Shown here: one piece after another, positions 63,376 to 64,000 of the stretch | How the letters are laid out: every line of letters starts with the position of its first letter | Numbering within the stretch: the first letter of the stretch is position 1 | Assembly: GCA_002633005.1 (NCBI GenBank) | Contig: NMRA01000150.1 | Coordinates: forward strand, 673,914-737,913 | DNA: 64,000 bases | Direction: 5' to 3' | Source: Phoronis australis | Taxonomy: Eukaryota; Animalia; Phoronida | The notes under the pieces: generated by a model | The model's input: the letters and a program-made list of their open reading frames with translations, nothing else | Databases searched by the model: none | Told to the model about the DNA's origin: nothing | Position numbers and translations under genes: made by a program

Positions 63376-64000
63376 CAGTGGCGGATCTAGGATATCACAA
63401 GGGGGGGCCCAACATTTTGTCCGGCTGTAAGCATTTGCGCAAACTGAACCACGATTGTAGATGCGCATAGCACCGAATGGGGGGAGGTCGGGAGGGTTTT
63501 TTCTGTTTTTACCTCTAAAATCAAGCATTTTCCTTGATCCCTGAAGTATTATCCAAGAAAAAAAGGCAAAAAAAATACGGAAATCGAGTGACACAGACTC
63601 GCACTCACGAGCTAGTGCTCAGCGCGCGCATGCGTTACCACTACACCACCACGATTTATCTAATAATCTCATACTAAGAGACCTACTTGTTTATGGTCCA
63701 CAGCGTTTGCGCGCGAAACCTACTTCTCTTTGTATGCTTATTACACGTTTTGTGCCATCGATTCTTAACAAATTTGTCGTATTTAAAATAGTCTTCAAAT
63801 GCCCAAAAGACCAAATCCGTTTTTCTTGTTGGCAATAATGACGGGATTGCTTTGCTTTGGAAATCGTCTTAAGATAAGGTTTGACAAAGAGAGTATTGCG
63901 AGTTTCTGAGTGATTCACTAAGGCTTCGATTAAAATTCACATCTTACCAGCAGCTTCTGTTTTTTCATCGTCACTCAGGTTCCATTTTCTTTAAAAAATG
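63376..64000 (+). mobile_element. Non-autonomous DNA transposon left end, runs off the window
   Basis: Starts CAGTGGCGGATCTAGGATATCACAAG; homologous to 42118-42746. Confidence 0.85.

Overview
Eukaryotic (animal, probably marine invertebrate) genomic DNA from a gapped scaffold. It is AT-rich, intron-rich and dense in minisatellites and decayed transposons. Two conserved endolysosomal genes sit head-to-head with start codons only ~360 bp apart. SNX13 (minus strand) has 13 coding exons traced from 20904 down to 3329, covering the TM, PXA and start of the RGS domain, and runs off the left edge. MON1 (plus strand) has 7 coding exons from 21262 to 35937, giving a complete 542-aa protein. The right ~27 kb has no intact gene that I can recognise. 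It holds MITEs, LINE 3' ends, a BEL/Pao remnant, a decayed Gypsy-type gag with an N-terminal helix-hairpin-helix-like motif, tyrosine-recombinase and THAP fragments. The most unusual patterns are: (i) three independent tandem arrays built from an exon 3' end plus its 5' splice site, each followed by an immediate in-frame TGA; (ii) a diverged second copy of SNX13 exon 3 with matching splice phases; (iii) a repeat family carrying CTCF-like motifs at ~145-160 bp spacing. Several near-identical duplications joined by a single N are probably uncollapsed-haplotype assembly artefacts. Homology calls come from my recall of protein families, not from database searches.
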